From the NCBI GenBank assembly GCA_050287085.1, contig JBNKBE010000022.1:1-58638 (forward strand): 58,638 nt of DNA. The letters are read 5' to 3'. Positions 57,041 to 58,638 of this stretch are shown piece after piece. Within the stretch, counting starts at the first letter, position 1, and each line of letters opens with the position of its first letter. The notes below the pieces were generated by a model, which worked only from the letters and a program-made list of their open reading frames with translations, did not search any database and was not told the origin of the DNA. Position numbers and translations under genes: made by a program. Source of the stretch: Polyangiaceae bacterium (GTDB taxonomy: Bacteria; Myxococcota_A; Polyangia; Polyangiales; Polyangiaceae).

Positions 57041-58638
57041 GTGAGACCATTGATCAGAGCGAGCCACTCCGTCGACCATACGACAACGTCCCAACAGCAC
57101 ACCAAACCATGCACGCGCGGCCGCCACGCGCTGTCGAGTGTTGGGCAGAGTCCTCGTTCCCGGGACAGCACTTCCCCCCGAAGGAAGCCGTGGACCGCTC
57201 TCACGCGTACCTGGCTCGCGGGCTCCATCGCGCTTCGCGTCCCGCTCGCCGCCGGTGCCAGCGTCGCCGCATGTCTCGCAACTCTCAGTCCCCAAGCCAT
57301 GGCTGCACCGCTGGTCGTGGGTAAATTCACAGGCTCCAAACCCCAGGGCGTTCGATCGGCGGTCGTCTCTGCGTTGGAGAACGCTAACCACGACGTGTTA
57401 CCCGAAAGCAAAGATCCAGCCGTCGATGCCCGCGCTGACGCCGTCGAGTTCGCCACGGTCGCTCTCGACGAAAACCTTCGGGGCTTCGTCTACGGAAACA
57501 CGAGTCTTGGCATGGGCAGTTGGAAGCTTGTGGTCGAAGTTCGCTCCGGTGATACGGGAGAGCTCGTCGGCAAGCGAACCTTCAAGGCAAAGAGCTACGA
57601 TGGACTGATCAAGGTCATCGCATCCGATCTTGCGGACGCCCTGAGCGGCTCTTTGAAACGAGCCCAAGCGCCAAAACAAGAAGTGGAGTCTAAACCCGCG
57701 GCGGAGGAACCCAAGCCAGAGCGCCCGCCAGAGCCCCCCACCTCGGCCGCTACCGCGGACGAGGAAGAGGCGGAGCCCTACTTCGACGCCGACGATGACG
57801 CGAACCTTGACGATGACGAGGAGACATCACGGCCTCCGGCAACTCGCCGCAAAGGCGATCCGCTGCCTGCACTGCTCGTCGCCCTCGGCCCCCAGTTCGT
57901 ACAACGCGATTGGGCGCTCAGCGACTCTCTCGTCGGAGGCAACGATGGCGTGATCTCCCCGACCCACGTCGTACCTCTGATCGGGATCGGCGCAACCCTG
58001 GAGTTCTACCCCGGCGCCTTCTTTGGCGGCGGCGCCGCGCAGTACGTGGGACTCGAAGCTTCCTTCGCTCGGAGCTTGGTGGGCAGTACCGACGTCCCCG
58101 GCGACGACAAGGCGCGCGAGACAACGTTCAAGACCTTTGCCGGCGCCCTCCGGGGTCGCATCCCGCTCGGGGATAGCTTTCAGCTCGGACCTTTCGTCGG
58201 CTACGGACGAAACGATCTGATTCTCGCAGGGGAGAAGAACGTCGCAACCCAGCCCGATGTGAAATACGCGTTCATCCACGCCGGCGCCGATGGCCGCCTG
58301 GCGCTCGGCAAAGCCTTCGCGCTGGACGCGCGACTCGAATATCGCCACCTGCTCGGATTCGGAGACCACGCCATTCGGGACCTTGGAGGCGAGCGTTGGT
58401 TTCCCCACGTGGAAGGCACTGGCTTCGCCGCCAAGCTCGGCGGTACTCTGCAGGTCGGGGCTGGTTTCGGAGTGCGCCTCGGCGGTACGCTGACCAATTA
58501 CGTCATGAGCTTCAATCCCAGCGTGGATGACTTAGCCGACGCCGCGGCCTCAGGCCGCAGACCACCCCCCATTGCAGGCGGCGCCTCGGATATTTACTAC
58601 GGCGCCGACCTGTCGCTCACCTACGCTCTGCAACCCTA
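57041..58638 (+). CDS. Putative outer-membrane protein, absent from the ORF track because its stop falls at the window edge
   Basis: Frame read by hand from GTG 57041: signal-like VAACLATLSPQAMA, acidic/Pro linker, beta-strand C-terminus ending LSLTYALQP then TA at 58637-58638. Confidence 0.7.
   Translation, partial: MRPLIRASHSVDHTTTSQQHTKPCTRGRHALSSVGQSPRSRDSTSPRRKPWTALTRTWLAGSIALRVPLAAGASVAACLATLSPQAMAAPLVVGKFTGSKPQGVRSAVVSALENANHDVLPESKDPAVDARADAVEFATVALDENLRGFVYGNTSLGMGSWKLVVEVRSGDTGELVGKRTFKAKSYDGLIKVIASDLADALSGSLKRAQAPKQEVESKPAAEEPKPERPPEPPTSAATADEEEAEPYFDADDDANLDDDEETSRPPATRRKGDPLPALLVALGPQFVQRDWALSDSLVGGNDGVISPTHVVPLIGIGATLEFYPGAFFGGGAAQYVGLEASFARSLVGSTDVPGDDKARETTFKTFAGALRGRIPLGDSFQLGPFVGYGRNDLILAGEKNVATQPDVKYAFIHAGADGRLALGKAFALDARLEYRHLLGFGDHAIRDLGGERWFPHVEGTGFAAKLGGTLQVGAGFGVRLGGTLTNYVMSFNPSVDDLADAAASGRRPPPIAGGASDIYYGADLSLTYALQP

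Overview
GC-rich bacterial DNA that looks like a Polyangiaceae/Sorangiineae-type myxobacterium (lipoproteins with Gly/Ala-rich linkers, DUF1552/DUF1592 pair, ETDVDCGG Cys repeats). About 46 probable CDS; I saw no rRNA, tRNA, CRISPR array or transposase. The left ~26 kb is a carbohydrate/envelope island: ThuA lipoprotein, ECF sigma, Cys-rich lipoprotein with a CBM3-like tip, GH31-PA14, a porin-like beta-barrel, GH3, DUF1552/DUF1592, a cassette of ECF sigma, FecR-type anti-sigma, outer-membrane protein and GH27-NPCBM, an MbnP/MbnH-like pair with a PNGase F-like gene, and a GH12-like lipoprotein. The strongest signal is a GTAACC-N16-CCACT motif found three times with identical spacing, upstream of the ECF cassette, the DUF1592/DUF1552 operon and the MbnP/MbnH/PNGase operon. 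The cassette's GH27 lacks its catalytic nucleophile (YLKYD to YLKYV), and so does the nearby GH12. Together these suggest an ECF cell-surface glycan-sensing regulon that uses a pseudo-glycosidase (inference). The right part is mostly housekeeping and signalling (macrodomain, GloB, PhoX, TM-GAF-GAF-GGDEF cyclase, kinases, MBOAT, NAD kinase, M20, DsbA) plus a ZorA/ZorB-like MotA-OmpA pair with no Zorya effector genes. All family calls come from motif recognition by eye; start codons are best guesses.
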